Virus record (IMG/VR): IMGVR_UViG_3300010158_000034
Reading direction: 5' to 3' (one strand)
DNA from: an uncultured virus (IMG/VR IMGVR_UViG_3300010158_000034)
Lineage: Duplodnaviria; Heunggongvirae; Uroviricota; Caudoviricetes
DNA: 64,000 bases
Shown in pieces: positions 9,852 to 18,179 of the stretch. The position numbers were made by a program, and so were the translations under genes. The stretch's first letter is position 1. Each line of letters begins with the position of its first letter. The notes beneath the pieces are model-generated. The model had not been told where the DNA came from. It saw only the letters and a list, made by a program, of their open reading frames with translations, and did no database searches.

Positions 9852-10904
9852 ATGAGCTACTTAGAAACCATTAAAACAAAATACGATATCAAAGATTATC
9901 AAGAATCTGCGGTCGCTATCCCTGATCTGCCACAAGAAGGTATTGTGCTGATTGTAGGCACATCGGGTTCGGGTAAGAGCACAATCCTACGCAACATTGG
10001 AGAACTCAAACAACCTTACATTGACGACGAAGCGTGGGTTATAAGTAATTTCTCTACAGCCGAGCGTGGAGAAGAATTATTATTGGCCTGCGGATTAAGA
10101 TCAATACCAGCATGGTTCCGCCCTGTGTCAACACTGAGCAATGGCGAGCGCCACAGATTTGAAATGGCCCAGTGCTTGGACCAAGGCATCAACAAAATAG
10201 ATGAGTTTACGTCAGTAGTGGACAGGGATACTGCTAAAAGTCTTGCATTGAGTATGCGTAAGTTTTATGACCGGCAAACAGAAAAGTCTGCACTTTACAT
10301 TGCGTCATGCCACAGAGACATAGTAGAATGGCTTGATCCCGACTACGTTTATGACACAGATCTCTGTGTCTTAGAAAATCGGAGGTCACTTCTTCCAATG
10401 GGAACAAGACCCAAGATTACGCTTACCATCCAAAGCACAAGTCGAGACTATTGGCAATATTTTGGTAAGTATCACTATCTAGACACTGCTATCTCAAAGA
10501 GTGCTCACTACTATGTACTGTTGTTGGGCAACAAGCCCATTGGGTTTCATGCCGCGATACATTCAACCAATAGAGATATACATAGTTACTGGCGTGGTCA
10601 CAGGACAGTGATCTTGCCCGAGTTCCAAGGCATGGGCATAGGCACAGCCTTCTCGGACGCCATTGCTGAAATCTATGTCAGTCGTGGATTACGATACTTT
10701 TCTAAAACTGCACACCCATCATTTGGTGAACACAGAGAAAAGTCACCATTATGGCGAGCCACTTCAATGAACAAGAAAAGCAGGACAGGTAGTTATCTCA
10801 ATTCCGATGGCTCTGCACGTAAGATGCCGGGATATGGTGGTACCACCACTGTTAGAGATGCTTATCGTATTTGTTACAGTCACGAATATATCGGCAAAAA
10901 ATAA
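9852..10904 (+). CDS. ABC-type ATPase fused to GNAT acetyltransferase
   Basis: Walker A GTSGSGKS, signature LSNGE, Walker B IDEF, H-loop SCH; C-terminal acetyl-CoA motif RTVILPEFQGMGIG. Confidence 0.85.
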   Translation: MSYLETIKTKYDIKDYQESAVAIPDLPQEGIVLIVGTSGSGKSTILRNIGELKQPYIDDEAWVISNFSTAERGEELLLACGLRSIPAWFRPVSTLSNGERHRFEMAQCLDQGINKIDEFTSVVDRDTAKSLALSMRKFYDRQTEKSALYIASCHRDIVEWLDPDYVYDTDLCVLENRRSLLPMGTRPKITLTIQSTSRDYWQYFGKYHYLDTAISKSAHYYVLLLGNKPIGFHAAIHSTNRDIHSYWRGHRTVILPEFQGMGIGTAFSDAIAEIYVSRGLRYFSKTAHPSFGEHREKSPLWRATSMNKKSRTGSYLNSDGSARKMPGYGGTTTVRDAYRICYSHEYIGKK

Positions 10905-10931
10905 CTAAAAATTAGTACTAAAATTAATAAT

Positions 10932-10959
10932 AAAAGCTCCTTCGTGGGGCTTTTCTTTT
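10932..10959 (+). terminator. rho-independent terminator
   Basis: AAAAGCTCC-TTCGT-GGGGCTTTT followed by CTTTT. Confidence 0.65.
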
Positions 10960-10990
10960 GGTTGACCCAGAATTCGCAATACCGTATAAT
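10957..10990 (+). promoter_or_regulatory. repeated sigma70-type promoter, copy 1
   Basis: TTTGGTTGACCCAGAATTC...TATAAT; -35 at 10962-10967, 17-nt spacer, -10 at 10985-10990. Confidence 0.8.
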
Positions 10991-10999
10991 AACTGTATT

Positions 11000-11143
11000 A
11001 TGAAAATTAAACAAAAACCCCAAAAAACCCGTGCTCATAGAGTGTTGTTTATGAACAACAGCCCTTTTCGTAGCCGTACAGTGGAGTTGAAAACACGTTT
11101 CAAACGTCAAGAAAAGCATCAAAATCGTGAGCTTTTTGGTTGA
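11000..11143 (+). CDS. small basic hypothetical protein (47 aa)
   Basis: ATG at 11000 just after the promoter; MKIKQKPQKTRAH...; the stop lies within the next promoter's -35. Confidence 0.55.
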   Translation: MKIKQKPQKTRAHRVLFMNNSPFRSRTVELKTRFKRQEKHQNRELFG

Positions 11144-11168
11144 CCCATAATTCAGGGTTTGTTATAAT
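11135..11168 (+). promoter_or_regulatory. repeated sigma70-type promoter, copy 2
   Basis: TTTGGTTGACCCATAATTC...TGTTATAAT; -35 at 11140-11145, -10 at 11163-11168. Confidence 0.8.
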
Positions 11169-11198
11169 ATTAGTATAGTAAACAAAAAGGAGTGTTAA

Positions 11199-11666
11199 AT
11201 GAGTACAGTAACTTTTGCAGGATTTAGCCGTTTAAACGGTAGTTTAAAATTCCGTACTGCCAACGACATTGGTCGTGCTCAGCAGTTGGCCAAATTAGGC
11301 GATACTGACATTTGTATGACAATTTTGCCTACTGCAATGACTAAAAATGATGCCGCTCGGTATGTACTTGCTAACTTAGTAGATCGTTATTCAAATTTTA
11401 ATACAGTGGAAGCGGCGGCTTTGTTGGAAGGTTTGATCAAAGATGAAAGCACTGTTGCTAAGACTAAAACAGTTAAAAAGCCCCGGGCAGTTGCCGTAGG
11501 TAAAAACACTGTTAAAGTTGCACAGGCCGGCGATTTTGTTTATAAAACAATCCCAGGCACTGACCGCCGGGTCAAGTATGAAAAAGACACAATCAGCCCA
11601 AAAGAAGCAGGCAAATTACGTGCTGAATTTATGAAGCAGTTGAAGGCAGTGTACGAGGCTAACTAA
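11199..11666 (+). CDS. hypothetical early protein
   Basis: AAGGAG RBS, downstream of promoter copy 2. Confidence 0.7.
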   Translation: MSTVTFAGFSRLNGSLKFRTANDIGRAQQLAKLGDTDICMTILPTAMTKNDAARYVLANLVDRYSNFNTVEAAALLEGLIKDESTVAKTKTVKKPRAVAVGKNTVKVAQAGDFVYKTIPGTDRRVKYEKDTISPKEAGKLRAEFMKQLKAVYEAN

Positions 11667-11667
11667 C

Positions 11668-11946
11668 ATGTACACTTATCGCCCAGAAAATACACAAGTG
11701 CCAACAACAAATCTTGTAACTCAAAGTTTTGTTGCTGGGTTTGTGGAATTGTATGAGGTGGCCAGCACCAATCCTGACCTGCGTATGATACCGATCAAAC
11801 ATTACAACGCAGTGAAATCGGGATTGACTCAGTTGGGCTATCGGGTTAGAATTCGTTATCGTGGACCGCATGCTCAGCAACAAGACACCCACAAAGCAGA
11901 TGCCCGTGCGTTTACAGTTTATTTTAAAAATCAGCCGTTTGGTTGA
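11668..11946 (+). CDS. hypothetical protein
   Basis: Starts 1 nt after the upstream stop; RIRYRGP motif; ends FG* inside promoter copy 3. Confidence 0.65.
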   Translation: MYTYRPENTQVPTTNLVTQSFVAGFVELYEVASTNPDLRMIPIKHYNAVKSGLTQLGYRVRIRYRGPHAQQQDTHKADARAFTVYFKNQPFG

Positions 11947-11971
11947 CCCAGAATTCCAGATTTGTTATAAT
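11938..11971 (+). promoter_or_regulatory. repeated sigma70-type promoter, copy 3
   Basis: TTTGGTTGACCCAGAATTC...TGTTATAAT; -35 at 11943-11948, -10 at 11966-11971. Confidence 0.8.
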
Positions 11972-12002
11972 ATATGTATAGTTAAATTTTAAGGAGCAGT
12001 CG

Positions 12003-12335
12003 ATGAATACATTAGCCCAATACTCAGTAGAAGAATTACAAGGTTATTTCAGCGATTTCCACAAGGATTTTTACGGTTCTCGTCCACGTTCGGCTACCCC
12101 GGAACAATGGCGTAGTCGTGAGTGGTTGGAGTCCAGCATTAATAGTATCCATGATTGTATGGATCGCATGAAGGCAACCTTTGCTGGTCGCGAAGAACTT
12201 CGTGCCGCGGGTTGGGTGATTGAAGAGTCAGATGAAGAGTCAGCCATGCATGCCAAATGGTTGGCCGATGAACGCAGTCGCGAACAGGCAGAACTGTCGG
12301 CCAGATTGGATGCCGAATTTTACTCAGTAGCATAA
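12003..12335 (+). CDS. hypothetical early protein
   Basis: AAGGAG RBS; YFSDFHKDFYGSRPR motif. Confidence 0.7.
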   Translation: MNTLAQYSVEELQGYFSDFHKDFYGSRPRSATPEQWRSREWLESSINSIHDCMDRMKATFAGREELRAAGWVIEESDEESAMHAKWLADERSREQAELSARLDAEFYSVA

Positions 12336-12370
12336 AAGCCACAGACCAGGAATTAGTATTCGTATATAAT
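12327..12370 (+). promoter_or_regulatory. promoter with quasi-palindromic upstream box
   Basis: GTAGCATAAAAGCCAC (12327-12342), weak -35 CAGACC, TATAAT at 12365-12370. Confidence 0.55.
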
Positions 12371-12401
12371 AGTAGTAACAATTAACAAAAGGAAAGTAAT
12401 T

Positions 12402-13502
12402 ATGTCAGTGACTGAAAATAGAACCGTTAGCCCCAACGATGCTCGCAGTAGAATTTTACGCTGTTTCAAAAAACAACGTCCAGTATTTTTATGGGGCCCT
12501 CCAGGTATTGGTAAAAGCGAAATCATCGCCGAAATAACAGAAGAATTGGGCGGACACATGATTGACTTGCGACTGAGTCAGATGGAACCCACAGATATTC
12601 GTGGTATCCCATTCTTCAACAAGAACAAAGAAGTTATGGATTGGGCTCCTCCAATTGACTTGCCTAGCGAAGAATTGGCCAGCCAGTACCCCATCGTGGT
12701 GTTGTTCTTGGACGAAATGAACTCAGCGGCGCCCAGTGTACAGGCCGCAGGTTATCAACTTATTTTGAATCGTCGCAGTGGCAAGTATGTCCTGCCTAAA
12801 AACGTAGTCATGGTGGCGGCGGGTAACAGAGAAAGCGACAAAGGTGTCACCTATCGTATGCCTACTCCGCTTGCCAATCGTTTCGTACACTTGGAAATGC
12901 GTAAGGACTTTGATTCATGGTTCGCTTGGAGTGTGAAGAATTATGTACACCAAGATGTAGTGGGTTACTTGACCTTTGCCAAACAGGACCTGTTTGACTT
13001 TGATCCAAAAAGCTCAAGCCGTGCATTTGCTACACCAAGATCGTGGACATTTGTAAGTCAGTTCTTGGATGATGAAGATGCCACTGATGCTGAACTCACT
13101 GACTTGATTGCTGGTACTGTGGGCGAAGGACTTGCTCTCAAGTTCATGGCACATCGCAAGGTGTCAAGTTCCATGCCCAAGCCAGACGATATTTTAAGTG
13201 GCAAGACCACTGAATTAAAGACCAAAGAAATTTCGGCCATGTATTCATTGACCATTAGTTTATGCTATGAATTGCAGGAAAGATTTAAGAAGTCTGGCGC
13301 TACCAACTTGGCAGAATGGCATGCCCAAGCGGATCGTTTCTTGAAGTTTATGATGGATAATTTTACCACTGAAGTTGTTGTTATGGGTGCTAGAGTTGCG
13401 TTAACCACATACAACTTACCAATGGTACCGGGCAAGATGCCTAACTTCAACGAATTCCACAAGAGATTTGGTAAGTACATCATTGCCGCAAGCGGTAAGT
13501 AA
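12402..13502 (+). CDS. MoxR-like AAA+ ATPase
   Basis: Walker A GPPGIGKS, Walker B LFLDEMN, AAGNR, PLANRF and TPRSW. Confidence 0.88.
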   Translation: MSVTENRTVSPNDARSRILRCFKKQRPVFLWGPPGIGKSEIIAEITEELGGHMIDLRLSQMEPTDIRGIPFFNKNKEVMDWAPPIDLPSEELASQYPIVVLFLDEMNSAAPSVQAAGYQLILNRRSGKYVLPKNVVMVAAGNRESDKGVTYRMPTPLANRFVHLEMRKDFDSWFAWSVKNYVHQDVVGYLTFAKQDLFDFDPKSSSRAFATPRSWTFVSQFLDDEDATDAELTDLIAGTVGEGLALKFMAHRKVSSSMPKPDDILSGKTTELKTKEISAMYSLTISLCYELQERFKKSGATNLAEWHAQADRFLKFMMDNFTTEVVVMGARVALTTYNLPMVPGKMPNFNEFHKRFGKYIIAASGK

Positions 13503-13562
13503 GATCAGCCGGTCTCTGAGCCGGAGGCAGGTAGAATTGGCCGTAAGTCCTCCAATTTATTT

Positions 13563-13605
13563 GCAGTGTAAATACAACACATTGAGAATTGAAAAGTAGT
13601 ATAAT
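13563..13605 (+). promoter_or_regulatory. promoter with quasi-palindromic upstream box
   Basis: GCAGTGTAAATACAAC (13563-13578), 21 nt, then TATAAT (13600-13605). Confidence 0.5.
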
Positions 13606-13630
13606 ACTAGTATAGAATAAGGAATTGCAT

Positions 13631-14869
13631 ATGACAACACTACAAGCCGTAAAACCCGTGACAGTGACTGATCCAAGAATTGACGAGGCCGCACGTGAAA
13701 AATTCATCACTGCACGTATTGGTTTACTACTCAAGGCTCCGTTCTTTGGTAATCTAGCCACACGTATGCAGTTGGTCAATGCCGATGCTTGGTGTGCCAC
13801 TGCCGCAACCGACGGTAGAAGATTGTACTACAACAGCGAATTTGTCAATAAAATGCCACTAAAGCAGGTGGAATTTTTAGTTGGGCATGAAGTGTTGCAC
13901 GTGGTATACGATCACATGGGACGTAGAGACAGCAGAGATCCTAAACTGTGGAACATTGCCGATGACTACTGTGTCAATGCTGATTTAGAAGAACAGCGTA
14001 TTGGCGAGCGTATTCCAATTGGTTTATACAATACCAAATATCGTGGCATGAGTGCCGAAGAAGTGTACGATGACTTGTACAAAAACGCCACCAAACTTGA
14101 CATTGAATCTTTGTTGAAACAGATGTTGGACGAGCACTTGGATGGTGATGATGGTGAGGGCGAGGACGGCGAGGGCGAAGGCAAAGGTCGTCCCAAACTG
14201 TCTGCCAGTGAACGTCAAGCCATACGTGACGAAATCAAAGATGCTGTGTTGCAAGCGGCACAGGCCGCAGGTGCTGGCAACATACCCGGCGGTGTCAAAA
14301 GACTTATTAAAGATTTAACTGAACCGAGAATTTCTTGGCAGGAATTGATTCAACAACAGATCCAAAGCACCATCAAACAAGACTATACCTTTGGTAGAAT
14401 GAATCGCAAGGGCTGGGGCATGGATGCTATACTGCCAGGTATGAAGCCAGGCGAACAGATTGATGTTGTGATTGGCATTGACACTTCGGGCAGTATTGGC
14501 GCCGCAGAGTTGAAAATATTCTTTAGCGAGATCAAAGGCATCATGGAAGCCTACAGTGAATACAAAATCACTGTGCTGGGTTGGGACACTGAGATTGGTG
14601 GTGTAGGTGAATTCACCAGTGATAACTTGGAAGATATTACCAGTTTTGACCCCAAAGGTGGTGGTGGTACAGATCCACACTGTGTTTGGAACTACTTGAT
14701 TGAGCAGGGCATTGAACCCAAGAAGTTGATCATGTTTACTGACTACTGCTTCTTTGGCTGGAATCCCAGCGAAGTAGAAAACTACTGTGATACGGTATGG
14801 ATTATCAAAGGTAATCCTTCAGCAGAACCTGAGTTTGGAGTGGGAGTACACTATGAGGACGTTGAATAA
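13631..14869 (+). CDS. DUF2201-type metallopeptidase-like + VWA domain protein (MoxR partner)
   Basis: TAATDG, HEVLH (HExxH), WNIADDYCVN, acidic linker, MIDAS IDTSGS, GGGGT and FTD. Confidence 0.85.
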   Translation: MTTLQAVKPVTVTDPRIDEAAREKFITARIGLLLKAPFFGNLATRMQLVNADAWCATAATDGRRLYYNSEFVNKMPLKQVEFLVGHEVLHVVYDHMGRRDSRDPKLWNIADDYCVNADLEEQRIGERIPIGLYNTKYRGMSAEEVYDDLYKNATKLDIESLLKQMLDEHLDGDDGEGEDGEGEGKGRPKLSASERQAIRDEIKDAVLQAAQAAGAGNIPGGVKRLIKDLTEPRISWQELIQQQIQSTIKQDYTFGRMNRKGWGMDAILPGMKPGEQIDVVIGIDTSGSIGAAELKIFFSEIKGIMEAYSEYKITVLGWDTEIGGVGEFTSDNLEDITSFDPKGGGGTDPHCVWNYLIEQGIEPKKLIMFTDYCFFGWNPSEVENYCDTVWIIKGNPSAEPEFGVGVHYEDVE

Positions 14870-15102
14870 TGACCATCACTGTACAACAAACTCCATGGGT
14901 CGAACTGCGTCCCGGTGATGTCAGTTTCCAACTGCAGGGTGATGTTGCAGTGACCGGCCGTGCCGCAATTGAAATCGCTAAAAACTGCCCCCCGTATTAT
15001 GCAGATGTCATAGCCTTGGCCGTTGAACAACGGTGGATACGGCCAGTGGCCTCTGTTCCGCGAACCGATCCAACACTGATATGGGAGACTTTAAAACAAT
15101 GA
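14869..15102 (+). CDS. hypothetical protein
   Basis: TAATG coupling; GAGG RBS. Confidence 0.6.
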   Translation: MTITVQQTPWVELRPGDVSFQLQGDVAVTGRAAIEIAKNCPPYYADVIALAVEQRWIRPVASVPRTDPTLIWETLKQ

Positions 15103-15290
15103 AAATCGAATCATCAAACGTGATGTCACCAATTAACGAAATTGATACTGGATCCAGCACAATTAAACGAATGGAGCTGTTGCAAATAGCTTTGGCCATA
15201 GAAGCACTTGCCAACTGCCCTCCCAGCACCATTGTACAGATTTCGCAAGCGGCAATAGATAGACTGGCCCAAGACGTAGGTAGACTATGA
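15099..15290 (+). CDS. hypothetical protein
   Basis: ATGA-coupled start at 15099 with GGAG upstream. Confidence 0.5.
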   Translation: MKIESSNVMSPINEIDTGSSTIKRMELLQIALAIEALANCPPSTIVQISQAAIDRLAQDVGRL

Positions 15291-15310
15291 TTGCAGAAAG
15301 AAAATCTTAA

Positions 15311-15724
15311 ATGGGAATGTTTGATCTTTTAAATTTTGAAGGACGCGAGTATCAAACCAAAGACACTCCGGCTCAGGCATTGGACAATTATAAAATTGAA
15401 AACCATCAGCTGTGGTACGAGGAATATGATGCAGAGTGGGAAGATGGTGAAGGTATATTTGGTGGCGGATTGACAAAGTCCAATGAACGCTGGGTACTGT
15501 GCGACGAATTCGATGGCTTGATAAGATTTTATCGTGAAGATGAACCTCGTGGTGGCTACAAGGCAGATGCTTGGATTGAATACCAAGCCTTGTTCATGAA
15601 TGGCTGTATGATTAAATTGACTCAGACCCGGGGAGTTGAACCCTTGACTGCTTGGTACAAAAGCGGAGTTGAAGCACTGGCATTACCCCCACATGAATCA
15701 AACACAACACAAGGAACAGCATGA
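15311..15724 (+). CDS. hypothetical phage protein
   Basis: MGMFD...YQTKD...F.G.IRFY...W.EY.A.F.G pattern. Confidence 0.65.
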   Translation: MGMFDLLNFEGREYQTKDTPAQALDNYKIENHQLWYEEYDAEWEDGEGIFGGGLTKSNERWVLCDEFDGLIRFYREDEPRGGYKADAWIEYQALFMNGCMIKLTQTRGVEPLTAWYKSGVEALALPPHESNTTQGTA

Positions 15725-16074
15725 GCGATAACACAGCAGTTGATAAACAAGATTTGCCTGTAGATAGAAAACCCATTCATCACAATGCACCCGAGGACAT
15801 GGATCAGGCCATTGCCCGCATCATGGAATTGGAAATGCGACTGGAGGATTTGGTTAGAGCCACAGAAATCGCCGAAGCATCGTCACAGTGGCACATCATT
15901 GGTGGATTTAGACTGGATGCAGATTCAGCGTTGGTGAATAAAATCACTGTGGAGTATCCGCAATCAGATGAACCAAATATCACTGTGATCACTGGTAAAG
16001 TCAGTGATGCCACACAGGAACGACTGAACCAATCCATCACTGAACAGGCAAAAAAGGCCGCGGGAAATGCTTAA
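15721..16074 (+). CDS. hypothetical protein
   Basis: ATGA-coupled; AAGGA RBS. Confidence 0.6.
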   Translation: MSDNTAVDKQDLPVDRKPIHHNAPEDMDQAIARIMELEMRLEDLVRATEIAEASSQWHIIGGFRLDADSALVNKITVEYPQSDEPNITVITGKVSDATQERLNQSITEQAKKAAGNA

Positions 16075-16372
16075 ACTGGGCGATGCCAATCCCTTGGCAG
16101 TGTTTGGGCTACGACAGTTGGCTCACTGTCCGCCACACTTCACACCAGTGGATTTTGAGTGCTTGGTGGATGACAAAGACATCACAGACTGGATTTGGGC
16201 AAATCTTGACGGTAGATTTTACTTCGGCGATGCATCATGGGCGAATCAGCAATCCATCGATATATCATTGAGTACAGGTTTTTTAAAACGAGCAGCCTTT
16301 GAAACAGCCGGCGAAGCCAGTTACTTTGCACTGGTATTATCTACGTTTAATACAGACAATCACCCTTTCTAA
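16067..16372 (+). CDS. hypothetical phage protein
   Basis: NPL..FGLR...CPPHF...WI..NL.GRFY...FE...EASYF pattern. Confidence 0.65.
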   Translation: MLKLGDANPLAVFGLRQLAHCPPHFTPVDFECLVDDKDITDWIWANLDGRFYFGDASWANQQSIDISLSTGFLKRAAFETAGEASYFALVLSTFNTDNHPF

Positions 16373-16403
16373 TAAAAATTTTTTCGTGGCCGGCATCACT
16401 GGT

Positions 16404-16415
16404 TAAATAACTGTA
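16404..16415 (+). promoter_or_regulatory. putative late promoter (TAAATA core)
   Basis: TAAATAACTGTA, identical to 6326-6337, in an intergenic gap. Confidence 0.45.
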
Positions 16416-16439
16416 GTTAATTATTTAAACGGAGATAAC

Positions 16440-16682
16440 ATGTCAGAAGAATTACAACAACCACAAGCCCCAGTAGACGCACCTGCACCGCAGTTGACCT
16501 TGAGCGATCTTACACTGGCTTTACAAACTATTCAAGTAACAGCACAACGTGGTGCTATTCGTGCAGACGAAATGGCTTTAGTTGGCGGTTTACATGATCG
16601 TTTAGCTGCATTTTTACAAGCCCAAGGTGTTGCAACTGCTCCTAATACAGAAGCAGATACAACACCACCACAAGGAGAATAA
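16440..16682 (+). CDS. hypothetical protein
   Basis: GGAG RBS; LTLSDL...RGAIRADEM..VG motif. Confidence 0.7.
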   Translation: MSEELQQPQAPVDAPAPQLTLSDLTLALQTIQVTAQRGAIRADEMALVGGLHDRLAAFLQAQGVATAPNTEADTTPPQGE

Positions 16683-16684
16683 AC

Positions 16685-17365
16685 ATGGCACAAGGCGTAC
16701 TCAAGCACATTGGCAAGCACAATGGCAAAAGAATTGTATTAGCATATCGTCAGATTCCCGGCGATGATCACATGTGCCTGGTAATTTACAGCGACACATT
16801 ACCACAGATGATTCACGATGATGTAATGAAGGTGTTGGAAAGCCCAGTGGGACAAAACAGTCCAGAACTGGCCGATGCACTGTTTCGTCATGTGTTGGCC
16901 GATGGACGCAACTGTCTAGAAGCACTGCATGTTCAAGGTCTGTTAAAGAAGGTGAATACCAATCAAGTCATCATTACCCCCAATGCCAAAAGCACAGTTC
17001 GTTTGGACGAATTAAACAAAATCCTAAACGAAATGAGCCAGGGCGAAGAGGCCATCAAAAAATTAGCTGATTTAGATGCCAATGCCGGAATGACCGGACG
17101 TCGTGAACCAAGAGAAGTGGGTGTAAGTCCAGCAAGTCGCAGTCAGCCCGCTGTAGTCAGCACTGCCACTGTCAGTGATGTGTTGACCGACGAGCAGTTG
17201 GCCAGTCAGCGTATTGCACAGTCTGCCAAAATGCGATTAGATGCACAGACTTTATTAAAAGAAGCAGAGAGATTAGAACTCGAAGCTGCCGAATTCACTA
17301 CTCCTGCAAAAAATGTCAAACCAACCAAAGCCAAAAAAGCCCCCGCGAAAAAACAAACGGCTTAA
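16685..17365 (+). CDS. hypothetical phage protein with Lys-rich C-terminal tail
   Basis: AAGGAG RBS; 226 aa. Confidence 0.7.
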   Translation: MAQGVLKHIGKHNGKRIVLAYRQIPGDDHMCLVIYSDTLPQMIHDDVMKVLESPVGQNSPELADALFRHVLADGRNCLEALHVQGLLKKVNTNQVIITPNAKSTVRLDELNKILNEMSQGEEAIKKLADLDANAGMTGRREPREVGVSPASRSQPAVVSTATVSDVLTDEQLASQRIAQSAKMRLDAQTLLKEAERLELEAAEFTTPAKNVKPTKAKKAPAKKQTA

Positions 17366-17663
17366 GTTAACTATTACCGAACGTGACAAATGGCGACAGA
17401 TACTGGCAGAAGTCGAAAAGGCTCAAGCTCCAGTATCTGTACTCCGTGCAATCACTGTTAATCTAATAGATGGCACCCAAGTAGATATTGATATCCAAGA
17501 ACTACTGGCCGAGGGTGTAGCACCAGAAGATTTAGAACAACGTATCAATGATCGATTAGAATCCCTAGACGACATTATAAAAAATGTCGACTTTTTTATC
17601 AGTGTTGACCATGTTGCTCGAGCAGTACAACCCATCACAGACAACTTACTTAAAAATTTATAA
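17313..17663 (+). CDS. hypothetical protein
   Basis: 116-aa ORF overlapping the upstream gene. Confidence 0.6.
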   Translation: MSNQPKPKKPPRKNKRLKLTITERDKWRQILAEVEKAQAPVSVLRAITVNLIDGTQVDIDIQELLAEGVAPEDLEQRINDRLESLDDIIKNVDFFISVDHVARAVQPITDNLLKNL

Positions 17664-17666
17664 TCA

Positions 17667-18179
17667 ATGACTATCAACGCACTATTTGCCGTGGACCACT
17701 ACGGCGGTATGGGTGTCAATGGCACCAGACCATGGCCCAGCACCACACACAATCTTGACTCGTTCGCCCGACTGACCCAAAACCATGTAGTGGTCATGGG
17801 ACGACGCACCTGGGATGATCCAGCCATGCCCAAACCCCTATTGGGACGTATTGTCTATGTGGCCACTCACAGTCATGTGGCTACAGCAGGAACAGTGTCA
17901 GGGGACATTGTGGAATCTGTACTTGCACTGGAACAGGAAAACCCCAATCGTATAATATGGGTCATAGGTGGACCAGGATTAATCGAATCATGCATTAACA
18001 TTCTGGATGCAGTTTACTTGACACATGTCAAGGGTTCGTTTAAAATAGATACTAGGATGGAACTTAAAACGTTCCTGACAGGATTTGTTCCTGTCAAAGC
18101 AGAAGTAGCAGCCGACTTTCGATCAACCTTGGTAAAATACACACCAATTTTTAAACGACAACATAAACATGCAAGTTAA
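17667..18179 (+). CDS. folA: dihydrofolate reductase-like protein
   Basis: A.D..GGMG..G..PW, VVVMGRRTWD, PLLGR, WVIGG, YLTHV.G....DT. Confidence 0.8.
   Translation: MTINALFAVDHYGGMGVNGTRPWPSTTHNLDSFARLTQNHVVVMGRRTWDDPAMPKPLLGRIVYVATHSHVATAGTVSGDIVESVLALEQENPNRIIWVIGGPGLIESCINILDAVYLTHVKGSFKIDTRMELKTFLTGFVPVKAEVAADFRSTLVKYTPIFKRQHKHAS

Noticed and set aside
12021..12330. 10-bp direct repeat TACTCAGTAG at both ends of ORF 12003-12335
   Set aside because: It is too short to distinguish from chance and no integrase or transposase is nearby.
10957..12370. Repeated TTGACC...TATAAT motif as a CRISPR array
   Set aside because: Spacing is irregular (about 180-800 nt), the intervals contain ORFs, and the repeat is a promoter consensus.
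15287..15310. 7-codon mini-ORF in frame with the gene at 15311 (possible TAA read-through)
   Set aside because: The downstream gene has a plausible native MGMFD start and nothing supports read-through.
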